Origin: Rhodothermales bacterium
Lineage (GTDB): Bacteria > Bacteroidota > Rhodothermia > Rhodothermales > UBA10348
DNA: 64,000 bases
Direction of reading: 5' to 3'
Assembly: GCA_029249345.1 (NCBI GenBank)
Contig: JAQWHM010000002.1
Coordinates: 20,868-84,867 of the forward strand
Positions 9,882-18,935 of the stretch are shown in pieces (the stretch's first letter is position 1; the number at the start of each line of letters is the position of its first letter). The translations under genes and the position numbers were made by a program. The notes beneath the pieces are model-generated. The model was not told the origin of the DNA. It made no database searches and saw only the letters and a list, made by a program, of their open reading frames with translations.

Positions 9882-10054
9882 GCTCCTGCAAGACGAACAA
9901 GCGCCATAAGATCATTCAAATGCCGTGATTGACGCCATAATCATATAGCTGTGGCAAAAACTTGCGATCTGGGTAGACAATAGTGTAGATTTTGCGAAGG
10001 TCTATCGTTTCTGAGTGACCTCGAACCACCCCATATCATCCATCCAGAATTGAC

Positions 10055-11269
10055 ATGAATACTGAGCGGCGACTTTTTTACGGCAGCTGTTTCGCGCTTA
10101 TCACCACAGCACTTTCGTTCAGCATCAGGGCGGGCATCCTGGGTCAATTAGGTACGGAATTGAGTTTTAGTGCTGCGGAGCTGGGCTGGATCAATTCGAT
10201 GTGGTTTCTGGGTTTCCCGATATCCATGGTAATTGGAGGATTGGTGTACCACACAGTAGGTCCTCAGAAAATTATGCAGTTCGCGTTTTTTGCGCATGCC
10301 GTAGGAATCGTAATGACCATCTATTCGGGCAGTTTCACAGGTTTACTGATATCAACTTTGTTGATCGGACTCGGTAATGGATGCACGGAAGCCGCCTGTA
10401 ATCCCATGATTGCCGACACCTACGAAGGGGTCACGATGAGCAAGATGATGAATCGCTTTCATATGTGGTTTCCGGGTGGCATTGTAATTGGGAGTCTTGT
10501 CTCCAAGTTTATGACGGATGCCAGCTTCAGTTGGGAGGCGCAGATATGGGTCATCATGATCCCTACGCTTATTTACGCCTGGCTCTTCTGGGGTCAAAAA
10601 TTCCCCGAAGCGAAAGAGGAAGAGTCTACTCAGGTCTCGAAAAATATCCAGGCCATGCTTTCTCCCTTATTCCTATTCATTTTTGCGTGTATGGCCCTGA
10701 CGGCTATCACTGAGTTTGGTCCACAGCAATGGGTCGGCCTGATCCTGTCTAGCAGTGGGGCACAGCCTATGCTCATTCTAGCACTGGTTACGGGGCTCAT
10801 GGCGGTCGCGCGCTACTTCGGTGGCGACGCAGTTGGGAAATTCAGTCAGACAGGAGTACTTCTGGGCTCTGCTATCCTGGCTACAATTGGTGTTTTCCTC
10901 TTCAGTACACAGACCGGAGCCATGGCCTACGTAGCTGCGATCGTCTATGCTCTGGGAATCGCCTATTTCTGGCCGAACATGATTGGGTTCGTAGCCGACA
11001 AAATTCCTAAAAGTGGTGCCCTTGGAATGTCGATTGTGGGAGCTATTGGGATGTTTGCATCCTCAATATTCCAGCCCATAATCGGAGGTTGGATTGATGG
11101 AGACCGGGGTGCCGCGGCTGCAGCAGGGCTTACTGGAGATGCCTTAGAGCTTGCTGCAGGACAGGCCACATTGGGTACGATGGTTGTCTTCCCGGCCATT
11201 CTAGTCGTCTTATTTACGATCCTTCATCTCTGGGTTCGGAAAAGAGAGGCAGTGGCAGTAGCAGTTTAG
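10055..11269 (+). CDS. MFS transporter (FucP/sugar-permease-like)
   Basis: 404 aa with about 12 hydrophobic helices. Organisation resembles glucose/galactose-fucose type MFS permeases. Confidence 0.75.
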   Translation: MNTERRLFYGSCFALITTALSFSIRAGILGQLGTELSFSAAELGWINSMWFLGFPISMVIGGLVYHTVGPQKIMQFAFFAHAVGIVMTIYSGSFTGLLISTLLIGLGNGCTEAACNPMIADTYEGVTMSKMMNRFHMWFPGGIVIGSLVSKFMTDASFSWEAQIWVIMIPTLIYAWLFWGQKFPEAKEEESTQVSKNIQAMLSPLFLFIFACMALTAITEFGPQQWVGLILSSSGAQPMLILALVTGLMAVARYFGGDAVGKFSQTGVLLGSAILATIGVFLFSTQTGAMAYVAAIVYALGIAYFWPNMIGFVADKIPKSGALGMSIVGAIGMFASSIFQPIIGGWIDGDRGAAAAAGLTGDALELAAGQATLGTMVVFPAILVVLFTILHLWVRKREAVAVAV

Positions 11270-11327
11270 CTTTGTCCGCGGGCGGTTCCGCCGAAGGAGT
11301 CAGGCGTTTTTGTATGCAATGTCGGAC

Positions 11328-11347
11328 GCCGCGCCGAAAGGCGCGGC
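11328..11347. terminator. GC-rich hairpin between convergent genes
   Basis: gccgcgcc-gaaa-ggcgcggc: an 8-bp perfect stem with a GAAA tetraloop, abutting the stop of the minus-strand gene and 59 nt after the MFS stop. Confidence 0.45.
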
Positions 11348-12213
11348 TAGTCGTGGGACTGATGGTTCATCATTTCGGATTGGATGAGTGTTTCTTTAGT
11401 ACTCATATACTGAGACCGGATCCAGTCAGTGACCCGTTGGTCGGGAAGCAGGCCGAGGCTATCAGCCCGGTAGGAAAGTCCTTCAAAGACATCAGCGTAT
11501 GGGCCAAATCCAAACAGACGGAAGGGGATGATAATCACGGTGCGACCCGCTGTTGATTCAGTACGTACAAATGCTTGTAACTCAAGCTCTGCAGCTTCGC
11601 GCTTTCCGGTCCAGTCTTCTCTCAGCGTGGACACGTTTACGGAGTGAAAGTCTCCGTCTTTGCGAATGGATTCTGCTAGGTGGTCCATTTTTGATACCCA
11701 TCGTTTGTTTTCGTCGTCATCACCTGGACCATGACCTACAATCAGAATAGATTCTTTTGATGGGTCAATACTAAGACCCAAGGCCCGATCTACAAGAATT
11801 CCGGCCATGAGTTGGGCATCTAAGAGACCTCCAACGCTAAGGGAAACCGGAACGGACAGATCTAATACTCGCGGTTCATGCATAGTATGTCCAGATGGTG
11901 CGTGTGCTTCCAGCTGAAATGAATATGCGGTCTCCTTAAGAAAGGACTCTCCTGAAACAAAGAGACGAACCACTGCCACGGACTCTGCGCCATGCGATAC
12001 TAAATCGTCTAGTGCTGTTTGAAGAGTAACGGGGTTAGCCATTCCAAAAGCGATGGATACCGGCATGTCTGCGCGGAGTGAAGCAACAGATTCCTCAACA
12101 GCCCCATTCCATGTTTCCGTTCCCCCGTGTGCCATGAGCAGTAGTCCAACTTTGGACTGGGAAGAGGCCGATCCGACTAAAAAACACAATATACCTAACA
12201 GGAAAACGCGCAT
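11347..12213 (-). CDS. signal-peptide-bearing CbiX/SirB-like (class II chelatase fold) protein
   Basis: Trimmed to the Met at 12213, giving signal peptide MRVFLLGILCFLVGSASSQS. Two repeated half-domains each start with a His-Gly strand (LLLMAHGG..., ILIVGHGPG...), as in CbiX/SirB. Confidence 0.5.
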   Translation of the reverse strand: MRVFLLGILCFLVGSASSQSKVGLLLMAHGGTETWNGAVEESVASLRADMPVSIAFGMANPVTLQTALDDLVSHGAESVAVVRLFVSGESFLKETAYSFQLEAHAPSGHTMHEPRVLDLSVPVSLSVGGLLDAQLMAGILVDRALGLSIDPSKESILIVGHGPGDDDENKRWVSKMDHLAESIRKDGDFHSVNVSTLREDWTGKREAAELELQAFVRTESTAGRTVIIIPFRLFGFGPYADVFEGLSYRADSLGLLPDQRVTDWIRSQYMSTKETLIQSEMMNHQSHD

Positions 12214-12504
12214 TGGAATCAATAGAAGCTGATTAAATCTCTTATTTAGATTCAATCTAAATAAGAAAATGGTCCGTGTAGGTGCGTTTTCTGTTAACAA
12301 GTAGAGTTTGTTTAGCTCGATTTATGTCCAGCCGCTACACGATCAGCTCCTCTTATTGTCATTCCAAAGGACAGAAACAATGCGTTATGGAGGCCAGTGT
12401 CAGCAATTTCATCGCTCAAAATCAGGTATCTTATAAAAGGCATTCAATCTGCCGCACGCCTTATCTCCTATCGCCTTGTTAACCTGACCTTCGTGGCTGA
12501 ATCA

Positions 12505-13521
12505 ATGAAGTTCTTTCCGATAATTCTGCTTTCCATTTTATTAAGTAGTTGCCAGCTCAGTAACGAGGCAAACAAAAACAGTAACTCTGCAGCGATTCGA
12601 TCGATAGGAGGCGTGGAAAGAGTAGATCCACGTATTAACGCCATCATTCCTCAAACTGCTCAGATTGAAATCCTGGCACAAGGTCATGAGTGGACCGAGG
12701 GGCCCGTTTGGGTGCCTGAAATTCAGTCTGTTTTGTACTCTGATATTCCCAAGAATGCGATTTTTCGGTGGAGTGAGAAGGACTCAGTATCTCTTTGGTT
12801 GCGACCGGCTGGTTTCACGGGTACGTCCCCCCGAGGTGGCGAATCAGGCTCAAACGGCTTGTTACTGGACGAAGAAGGGCGGCTACTTTTGGCTCAGCAT
12901 GGCGATCGTAGAATTGCGAGACTGGAAAGTTCTTTGCACGCTCCCGAATCTCAATTTACAACGCTATCCGATTCGTTTAATGGTCTGCGGTTTAACTCAC
13001 CGAATGACCTAGCTAGGCGCAGTAATGGCGATCTGTATTTCACCGATCCACCCTATGGATTGGAAGGCGGGATGGACGATCCGTCGAAAGAAATGGCTAT
13101 TCAGGGAGTATATCGCCTGACTACTGATGGTTCTGTGTCGCTCTTGATAGAAGATCTGTCACGACCCAATGGGATTGCGTTCTCGCCGGATGAAAACACG
13201 CTTTACGTCGCCAATTCCGATGGTAGCCAACCGACTATTATGGCCTATCCCGTTCATTCGGATGGTAGTATCGGAGAAGGTAGCATCTTTTTTGACTCAT
13301 GGGGAGACGGGCTATCGATTGATGAAGAGGGAAATGTCTATGTGGCTGGCCCGGATAATGGTGTGTTAATTATTAGTCCTGAGGGTGAACATTTGGGTTC
13401 TATCAGCACGACCCAGCGCACTTCAAACTCTGTGTTCGGCGATGACGGATCCACGCTGTATATAACAGCGGATATGTATCTACTTCGCATTCGGCTGAAC
13501 GTAAAGGGTGCCGGCTTTTAG
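12505..13521 (+). CDS. SMP-30/gluconolactonase/LRE family lipoprotein
   Basis: Start moved to the ATG at 12505 (MKFFPIILLSILLSSCQ lipobox). WTEGPVW, NSPNDL and RPNGIAFSPDENTLYVA repeats typical of the six-bladed lactonase propeller. Confidence 0.8.
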   Translation: MKFFPIILLSILLSSCQLSNEANKNSNSAAIRSIGGVERVDPRINAIIPQTAQIEILAQGHEWTEGPVWVPEIQSVLYSDIPKNAIFRWSEKDSVSLWLRPAGFTGTSPRGGESGSNGLLLDEEGRLLLAQHGDRRIARLESSLHAPESQFTTLSDSFNGLRFNSPNDLARRSNGDLYFTDPPYGLEGGMDDPSKEMAIQGVYRLTTDGSVSLLIEDLSRPNGIAFSPDENTLYVANSDGSQPTIMAYPVHSDGSIGEGSIFFDSWGDGLSIDEEGNVYVAGPDNGVLIISPEGEHLGSISTTQRTSNSVFGDDGSTLYITADMYLLRIRLNVKGAGF

Positions 13522-13620
13522 CTGATTGAAGGTCTGAACGTCCGTAGCGCACCTATTTGATGGGATTCAGTAATATCGCATTGATTAGTTTACACGCCTT
13601 AATCACCCAAGACTCTAAAA

Positions 13621-14457
13621 ATGAACAACGAAAGGTTCTTGTCACCATTTCAGTCGAAGTTGTATCAAATCATATTTGAGGCGGATACGCAGGCGGGCAA
13701 GCGATTTGATGTATGGCTTCTAGTCATGATTCTGGCTAGTGTGATTACGGTGTTTCTGGAAAGTATTCCCTCGATGAGCGAGCAATACAGTCCATTTTTT
13801 AAAGGCTTGGAGTGGGTCTTCACGGTTTTCTTCACCGTCGAGTATCTCCTTCGTATTTACTGTTCTCTTCGACCCGTTACCTACGTTCGCAGCTTTTACG
13901 GTATCATTGATCTGCTTTCCATTTTGCCTACCTACTTGAGTTTGCTCATTCCTGGCTCTCAAGTGGGGGCAGTCATCCGCATTTTGAGATTGCTTCGGGT
14001 GTTCAGGGTCTTCAAGCTGCATAACTTTTTGAATCAAGGCGACATAATTGGGACGGCTCTTTTACGCAGTCGTCGCAAGATTGCCGTATTCCTGTATGTC
14101 GTTTTCTTGATGGTGATCATTATCGGGTCATTCATGTATTTGATCGAGAGTAATGGACCGGCTGCCGATCAATTCGATAGTATCCCACGCAGTATTTATT
14201 GGGCAATTGTTACGATAACTACGGTGGGGTATGGAGATATTAGCCCTGCGACCACGTTTGGTCAATTCATCGCCGCTATGGTCATGGTGGCCGGTTATGC
14301 TATCATTGCGGTTCCAACGGGAATTGTATCAGCAGAATTAATGACGGTTAATCGCCAATACAATACGAGGACATGTCCTCATTGCATGCAAGAAGGGCAT
14401 GATGAGGTCGCCAAATATTGCAAAATGTGTGGCGGTTTGCTGTTGATTTCTAGTTGA
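13621..14457 (+). CDS. voltage-gated K+ channel (6-TM Kv type) with C-terminal zinc-ribbon
   Basis: S4-like arginine ladder RILRLLRVFRVFKL. Selectivity filter TTVGYGD. C-terminal CPHC-x13-CKMC four-Cys motif. Confidence 0.85.
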   Translation: MNNERFLSPFQSKLYQIIFEADTQAGKRFDVWLLVMILASVITVFLESIPSMSEQYSPFFKGLEWVFTVFFTVEYLLRIYCSLRPVTYVRSFYGIIDLLSILPTYLSLLIPGSQVGAVIRILRLLRVFRVFKLHNFLNQGDIIGTALLRSRRKIAVFLYVVFLMVIIIGSFMYLIESNGPAADQFDSIPRSIYWAIVTITTVGYGDISPATTFGQFIAAMVMVAGYAIIAVPTGIVSAELMTVNRQYNTRTCPHCMQEGHDEVAKYCKMCGGLLLISS

Positions 14458-14639
14458 ACTCTGTTCAAGTGAGGTCCATCTAATTTTGCTCGTTTCCTAA
14501 AGTTCGTCCTCTGAATAGGTGCATTTTGCGGGCCGGATGATTTAATTTGCGGGCTGGAAATAGAAATGTGCTAGTCGGAAAGCACCAGCTCAATTCAATT
14601 GTTCTTTCCGTCAGATAACAAGTACAACAAGAGGTAGGG

Positions 14640-14834
14640 ATGGATTTGATTCAGATGTTAACAAGTCAGCTAGGTGTTTCTGATAAGCAGGCTTCCGGCG
14701 GAGCTGGTAAACTGGGAGATCTTGCCTCCCTTGCAAGTGGATTCAAAAAATTAGATTTGGATTCGGGTATGGCCAGCCAGTTCATGCCTATCATAATGAG
14801 CTTTGTTCAGTCACAAGGTGGCGATGCCATCTAA
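14640..14834 (+). CDS. short DUF2780-like protein
   Basis: LTSQLGVSDKQASGGAGKL ... FKKLDLDSGMASQFMPIIMSFVQSQGG resembles the conserved blocks of DUF2780, recalled from memory. No signal peptide. Confidence 0.4.
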   Translation: MDLIQMLTSQLGVSDKQASGGAGKLGDLASLASGFKKLDLDSGMASQFMPIIMSFVQSQGGDAI

Positions 14835-14990
14835 GACATTCTAGCAAAGGTCCTTAATTAAGCGAGGAGTTTGCGGTTTTGAGGCGGTGTTTCATTGAGG
14901 GCCGCATTCGCTAGGCTGTTTTGCGGCTTGTTTGTTCGCCGTAGTGTAGGCCGCCGCGAGTATCCATGTTCATACCAATCAGTTACAGAA

Positions 14991-16892
14991 ATGAGAAAAA
15001 CCGATTCTGAACTTGGCATGTTACAGGCCATTACGCGTAGAGATTTCCTTCAAAGTAGCAGCCTTGCAGCTCTAGGAATGATGCTCCCGCTAGGGTGCGC
15101 GCCATCCACTAATGACACTCATAAGGTATCACCAGACGTTGGGTATCCCCCTTCTAAGAGTGGTTTGCGCGGTTCGCATCCGGGGTCCTTCGAAACGGCC
15201 CATGCGCTTGCTCGGTATGGTGCGCGTTTCGACCACCCGACTGACTTGGACGAGGAATACGATCTGGTCGTGGTTGGGGCTGGTATCAGTGGCCTGACGG
15301 CTGCCTACGAGTATCGGAAAAAGTTTGGTCAGGAGTCCCGAATCCTTCTATTGGATAATCATGATGACTTTGGTGGTCATGCCAAAAGAAACGAGTTTAA
15401 CCAAGGCGGGGATTTGCGGCTTTCTTGGGGCGGTACAATGAACCTCGAGTACCTGTCTTTTTCTGATCCTGTTCTTGCGTTTTTGACTGAACTAGGAATC
15501 AATGTTGAGCGCTTGAGTGAGCAACTCGATTTTCACTACGGTGGTGACAAACCGGCTATCTGGTTTGATCAAGAGACGTTTGGCAAAGACGTTCTCGTAC
15601 CTGGGTTTTCGATGTACAGCCGAAATCTGGACGTCTTGAGTCAGATTGATCACTTTCCCATTAGTACAGCTGGAAAAGAGGCCTTAAAAGACTTTTATAG
15701 CTCTGATTCTAATGTTTTTCAGGGCATGGACGAGCAGGAAGTCCAGCAGGTCCTTCGCAATACGAGTTACACGGAATTCCTGAAAAAATTTGGTGGGCTT
15801 CCTCAGGATGTCATCGAGTTGTTTACTAAGTCCACGGATGGATACTGGGGTGTACAACCGCATAGTTTGTCTGCAACGGAGGCCATGAACGCTTGGCTAC
15901 CCGGAGTACACCGATTGGGAAGCCAAGCTGGTGATGCTAGCGGGCACGAAGAATCCGAAAAAGTGGCTATGTTTCCCGATGGAAATGCGTCAATTGCACG
16001 CCTTTTGGTCCAAGCCCTCATTCCTGGCGTGACGTCCGGCGCGTCATTCGGTGCGACATCCGGTGCGAAAGAGGGAGTAACGGCAGAGCATATCGCGTTG
16101 GCTGCATTCGATTATAACAAGCTAGATTCTCCGAGTTCTCCTACGCGCTTACGCCTCGAATCTACAGTGGTTAACGTGGCGAACGAGGACGACGGGGTAT
16201 CCGTCTCTTATGTACGGGATGGCTTGACCTCTCGAGTGCGAAGTAAGCATTGTGTTCTAGCCTGCTACCATGCCATCATTCCACATATTTGCCCTGAAAT
16301 CCCTGAAAAACAGCAAGAAGCGGCACGTTATCAGGAAAAACACCCGCTACTCGTTACGAACGTACTTATTCGCAGTGGGCAACCATTTACCGATCTGGGA
16401 ATCTCCGGGGCCTATTGCCCTGGTCGAATGCATGCCAAAGCATGGATGATCAATGGTGTAAATACGGCTGGATATGAGGGTGGAAGAGATGTTTCTGGGC
16501 CCATTCCCGTCATGTTTTGGGGAATGGTCGAACCGCCACGTCGAGACGTACCTATTCACGATCAGATTCGAGAATCTAGGCAGTCCATGCTGCAAATGAC
16601 ATTCGAGGATTACGAGCGCGAAGTGAGGACGGTGTTGGATGGGCTGCTAGGCCCAGCAGGCTTTAATGTCGCAGAAGATATTCTTGCCATCACAGTCAAT
16701 CGCTGGCCTCATGGCTACTCTTATGGATACCTAGATCTCTGGGATCCGGATTGGGAAGACGGTCAGGCTCCACATGAGATTGCGCGGCGACCGATCGGAA
16801 ATATTACGATGGCCAACGCAGACGCTGCTGCATCTGCATATACTCAGGCAGCTATTGAAGAAGCGTTTCGAGCGGTAGATGAGCTCAGATGA
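14991..16892 (+). CDS. Tat-exported FAD-dependent oxidoreductase (SpdH / spermidine-dehydrogenase-like)
   Basis: Start moved to the ATG at 14991. Twin-arginine signal ITRRDFLQSSSLAALGMMLPLGCA. FAD fold YDLVVVGAGISGLTAAYEY, then LLLDNHDDFGGHAKRNEF. Confidence 0.65.
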   Translation: MRKTDSELGMLQAITRRDFLQSSSLAALGMMLPLGCAPSTNDTHKVSPDVGYPPSKSGLRGSHPGSFETAHALARYGARFDHPTDLDEEYDLVVVGAGISGLTAAYEYRKKFGQESRILLLDNHDDFGGHAKRNEFNQGGDLRLSWGGTMNLEYLSFSDPVLAFLTELGINVERLSEQLDFHYGGDKPAIWFDQETFGKDVLVPGFSMYSRNLDVLSQIDHFPISTAGKEALKDFYSSDSNVFQGMDEQEVQQVLRNTSYTEFLKKFGGLPQDVIELFTKSTDGYWGVQPHSLSATEAMNAWLPGVHRLGSQAGDASGHEESEKVAMFPDGNASIARLLVQALIPGVTSGASFGATSGAKEGVTAEHIALAAFDYNKLDSPSSPTRLRLESTVVNVANEDDGVSVSYVRDGLTSRVRSKHCVLACYHAIIPHICPEIPEKQQEAARYQEKHPLLVTNVLIRSGQPFTDLGISGAYCPGRMHAKAWMINGVNTAGYEGGRDVSGPIPVMFWGMVEPPRRDVPIHDQIRESRQSMLQMTFEDYEREVRTVLDGLLGPAGFNVAEDILAITVNRWPHGYSYGYLDLWDPDWEDGQAPHEIARRPIGNITMANADAAASAYTQAAIEEAFRAVDELR

Positions 16893-16920
16893 GGGCAGGG
16901 TTAAGTCGCTTGAATGTGCG

Positions 16921-17610
16921 TTAGTCGGTAATGGCGGTGATTGGCGTCAATAGTAAGCTTGAAAACTCAACTTCGGACCCTTCGGCCTGAACGGCTATTT
17001 GCCCTTCTTGCGCCGTCGAACCGAATCCGTGATTCACAAGGTCACCGTTAACCCACACCTTGATTTCGTCCTTTACGGCTTCGATGGTCATCGTATTCCA
17101 CTCTCCGAGAGGGCTTTCAGAACCATCCGTCAAGTTTACAATACGTCGACGTTTTCCTTCTGTGATTCCCCACTCTTCTTGCGGTCCTCGACGTGCAATC
17201 ATATCTGGCACTTCTATGTCTTCTACGATCACCCAAAAGTCGCCTGCATTTTCGTGCATCATTTGGGCTTCAATCGACTGGGGAAACATCTTATACAAAG
17301 CGCGTGGAGTCGAGGCATGGACGAGGACTCCACAGTTTCCCGGCTCGCCCACAAAACGGTAGGTGATTTCCAATCGGTAATTGGAATAGATGGCATCTGT
17401 GATAAGGTGTCCTTGGGGTGTGCCCAGGCTGACCAAGTTGCCATCGCGCACGACAAAAGGGTTTCGAACGGTCGCGACGGAGTCCATTTCGGGTACATCA
17501 ACATGCCATCCTGCTAAATCAGTCCCATTAAAAAGCTCAATCGTCGCAGATTCTGGCTGGCAACCTATAACTAGACAGCCGAGCGTGAGAGATAGAAAGA
17601 GTGCCTTCAT
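16921..17610 (-). CDS. DUF1080 (3-keto-disaccharide hydrolase-like, LamG fold) lipoprotein
   Basis: Start at the Met at 17610 (MKALFLSLTLGCLVIGCQ). ELFNGTDLAGWH, GEWNTMTIEA..VWVNG and GQIAVQAEGSEVEF are typical DUF1080 blocks. Confidence 0.75.
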   Translation of the reverse strand: MKALFLSLTLGCLVIGCQPESATIELFNGTDLAGWHVDVPEMDSVATVRNPFVVRDGNLVSLGTPQGHLITDAIYSNYRLEITYRFVGEPGNCGVLVHASTPRALYKMFPQSIEAQMMHENAGDFWVIVEDIEVPDMIARRGPQEEWGITEGKRRRIVNLTDGSESPLGEWNTMTIEAVKDEIKVWVNGDLVNHGFGSTAQEGQIAVQAEGSEVEFSSLLLTPITAITD

Positions 17611-17700
17611 GAGATTAAGGGAGTGGTCCGTGAAGCGGTGATTGAAGTCCGTATTGTTGAATGAAGGTACAATAATGGAGATATCAGCCACCGGCTTATG

Positions 17701-18663
17701 CTAAAAGATGCTATTAAATAGGTATCCAAGGATGATAATTGATCCGGCAACCAAGCCGAAATAGGCAGAGAGTAGTTTGACGTTCATAACCTTCTTTAGC
17801 ATGAGTGCTTCCGGAAGGGACAGTCCAACTACAGCCATCATAAACGCTATGGCCGTTCCCAAAGGGATGCCCTTGACCACGAGGGCCTGCATGATGGGGA
17901 TAACGGCAGACGCATTGGCGTACATGGGGACTGCGATGAGGACAGAAAGCGGAACGGACCAAATACCTGCACCTTCTCCCATGTAGGCCTCGAAGTAGCC
18001 AGTCGGAACGTATCCGTGTATCGCGGCCCCTATTGCGACTCCAGCCAATACGTAAGGTGCAATAGTTTTGATGATACTCATGGCGTCGCGACTAACATGA
18101 AGCACTCGATCCCGCATCGACATTGCGCTTTGTAGGCTGTCGCTCGCTTTATTTTTGGCCAGATCCCTGACCCATGACTCCAGGTGTCTTTCAAGGTCAA
18201 ATCGTCCTAAGGTCCATCCCAGAACCGTCCCAAGTAGTATGCCACTAAATGCATAAATCAAGGTCACTTTCACGCCAAAAGCGGCAAGAAAGAGTGCCAG
18301 CGCGATCTCGTTCACGAGAGGCGATGTGATCAGGAAGGAAAACGTGACGCCAATCGGGATCCCCCCTTGAAGAAAGCCGATTAAAAGAGGGATGGAAGAA
18401 CACGAGCAGAATGGCGTAACGGCTCCGAATAGGGAAGCAGCGGGATATTCAAATCCTCTCAGCTTGCCGGAAGAAATGAGCTTCCTGACCTTTTCAATAG
18501 GGAAAAACAGATTTATGGCCCCCATTAAATGAGTCACCAAAAGCAGCAGGAGACCAATTTTAACGGCCTCATAGATGAAGAAATGTAGGACTCCGGCGAA
18601 GGCTAAGTCGGCTTCGAATCCGAAGACATTAAAGACGAGCCAATCTGTTAACTGTTCAAGCAT
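17701..18663 (-). CDS. COG0701-type permease (ArsP-like, CSCSSIP motif)
   Basis: 320 aa, polytopic. TPFCSCSSIPL motif typical of the predicted-permease family that usually partners with a small thioredoxin-fold protein. Confidence 0.75.
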   Translation of the reverse strand: MLEQLTDWLVFNVFGFEADLAFAGVLHFFIYEAVKIGLLLLLVTHLMGAINLFFPIEKVRKLISSGKLRGFEYPAASLFGAVTPFCSCSSIPLLIGFLQGGIPIGVTFSFLITSPLVNEIALALFLAAFGVKVTLIYAFSGILLGTVLGWTLGRFDLERHLESWVRDLAKNKASDSLQSAMSMRDRVLHVSRDAMSIIKTIAPYVLAGVAIGAAIHGYVPTGYFEAYMGEGAGIWSVPLSVLIAVPMYANASAVIPIMQALVVKGIPLGTAIAFMMAVVGLSLPEALMLKKVMNVKLLSAYFGLVAGSIIILGYLFNSIF

Positions 18664-18698
18664 GTGACGTTCTTGTTTACCTGTCTGGACCTATCTCA

Positions 18699-18935
18699 CT
18701 ACTTCTTCTGGAGAAGGTCTGAGATTTCTTTCACCGTGTTCACGCGCCCCGATGAGACTAGGACCTCATCGATTACGAGACCCGGTGTCCCAAGAATACC
18801 GTAGCTCATCATTTGAGCGTAATCTTCAACTTTTTCTAGGTCCGCACTCATCTCGAGGCTCTTTAATGCTTCCTGAGTGTTTTGGAATAGTACCCGACAA
18901 TTTGAACAACCGGGTCCAAGTATCTTGATATTCAT
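18699..18935 (-). CDS. thioredoxin-fold redox-active disulfide protein 2 family
   Basis: 78 aa. MNIKILGPGCSNC (CxxC) and GILGTPGLVIDE are typical of the family. Confidence 0.8.
   Translation of the reverse strand: MNIKILGPGCSNCRVLFQNTQEALKSLEMSADLEKVEDYAQMMSYGILGTPGLVIDEVLVSSGRVNTVKEISDLLQKK

Noticed and set aside
16999-17517. 172-aa plus-strand ORF overlapping the DUF1080 gene, together with the nested ORFs at 17060..17362, 17259..17504 and 17390..17641.
   Set aside because: The minus-strand product has clear DUF1080 motifs and a lipoprotein signal. The overlapping ORFs have no recognisable features.
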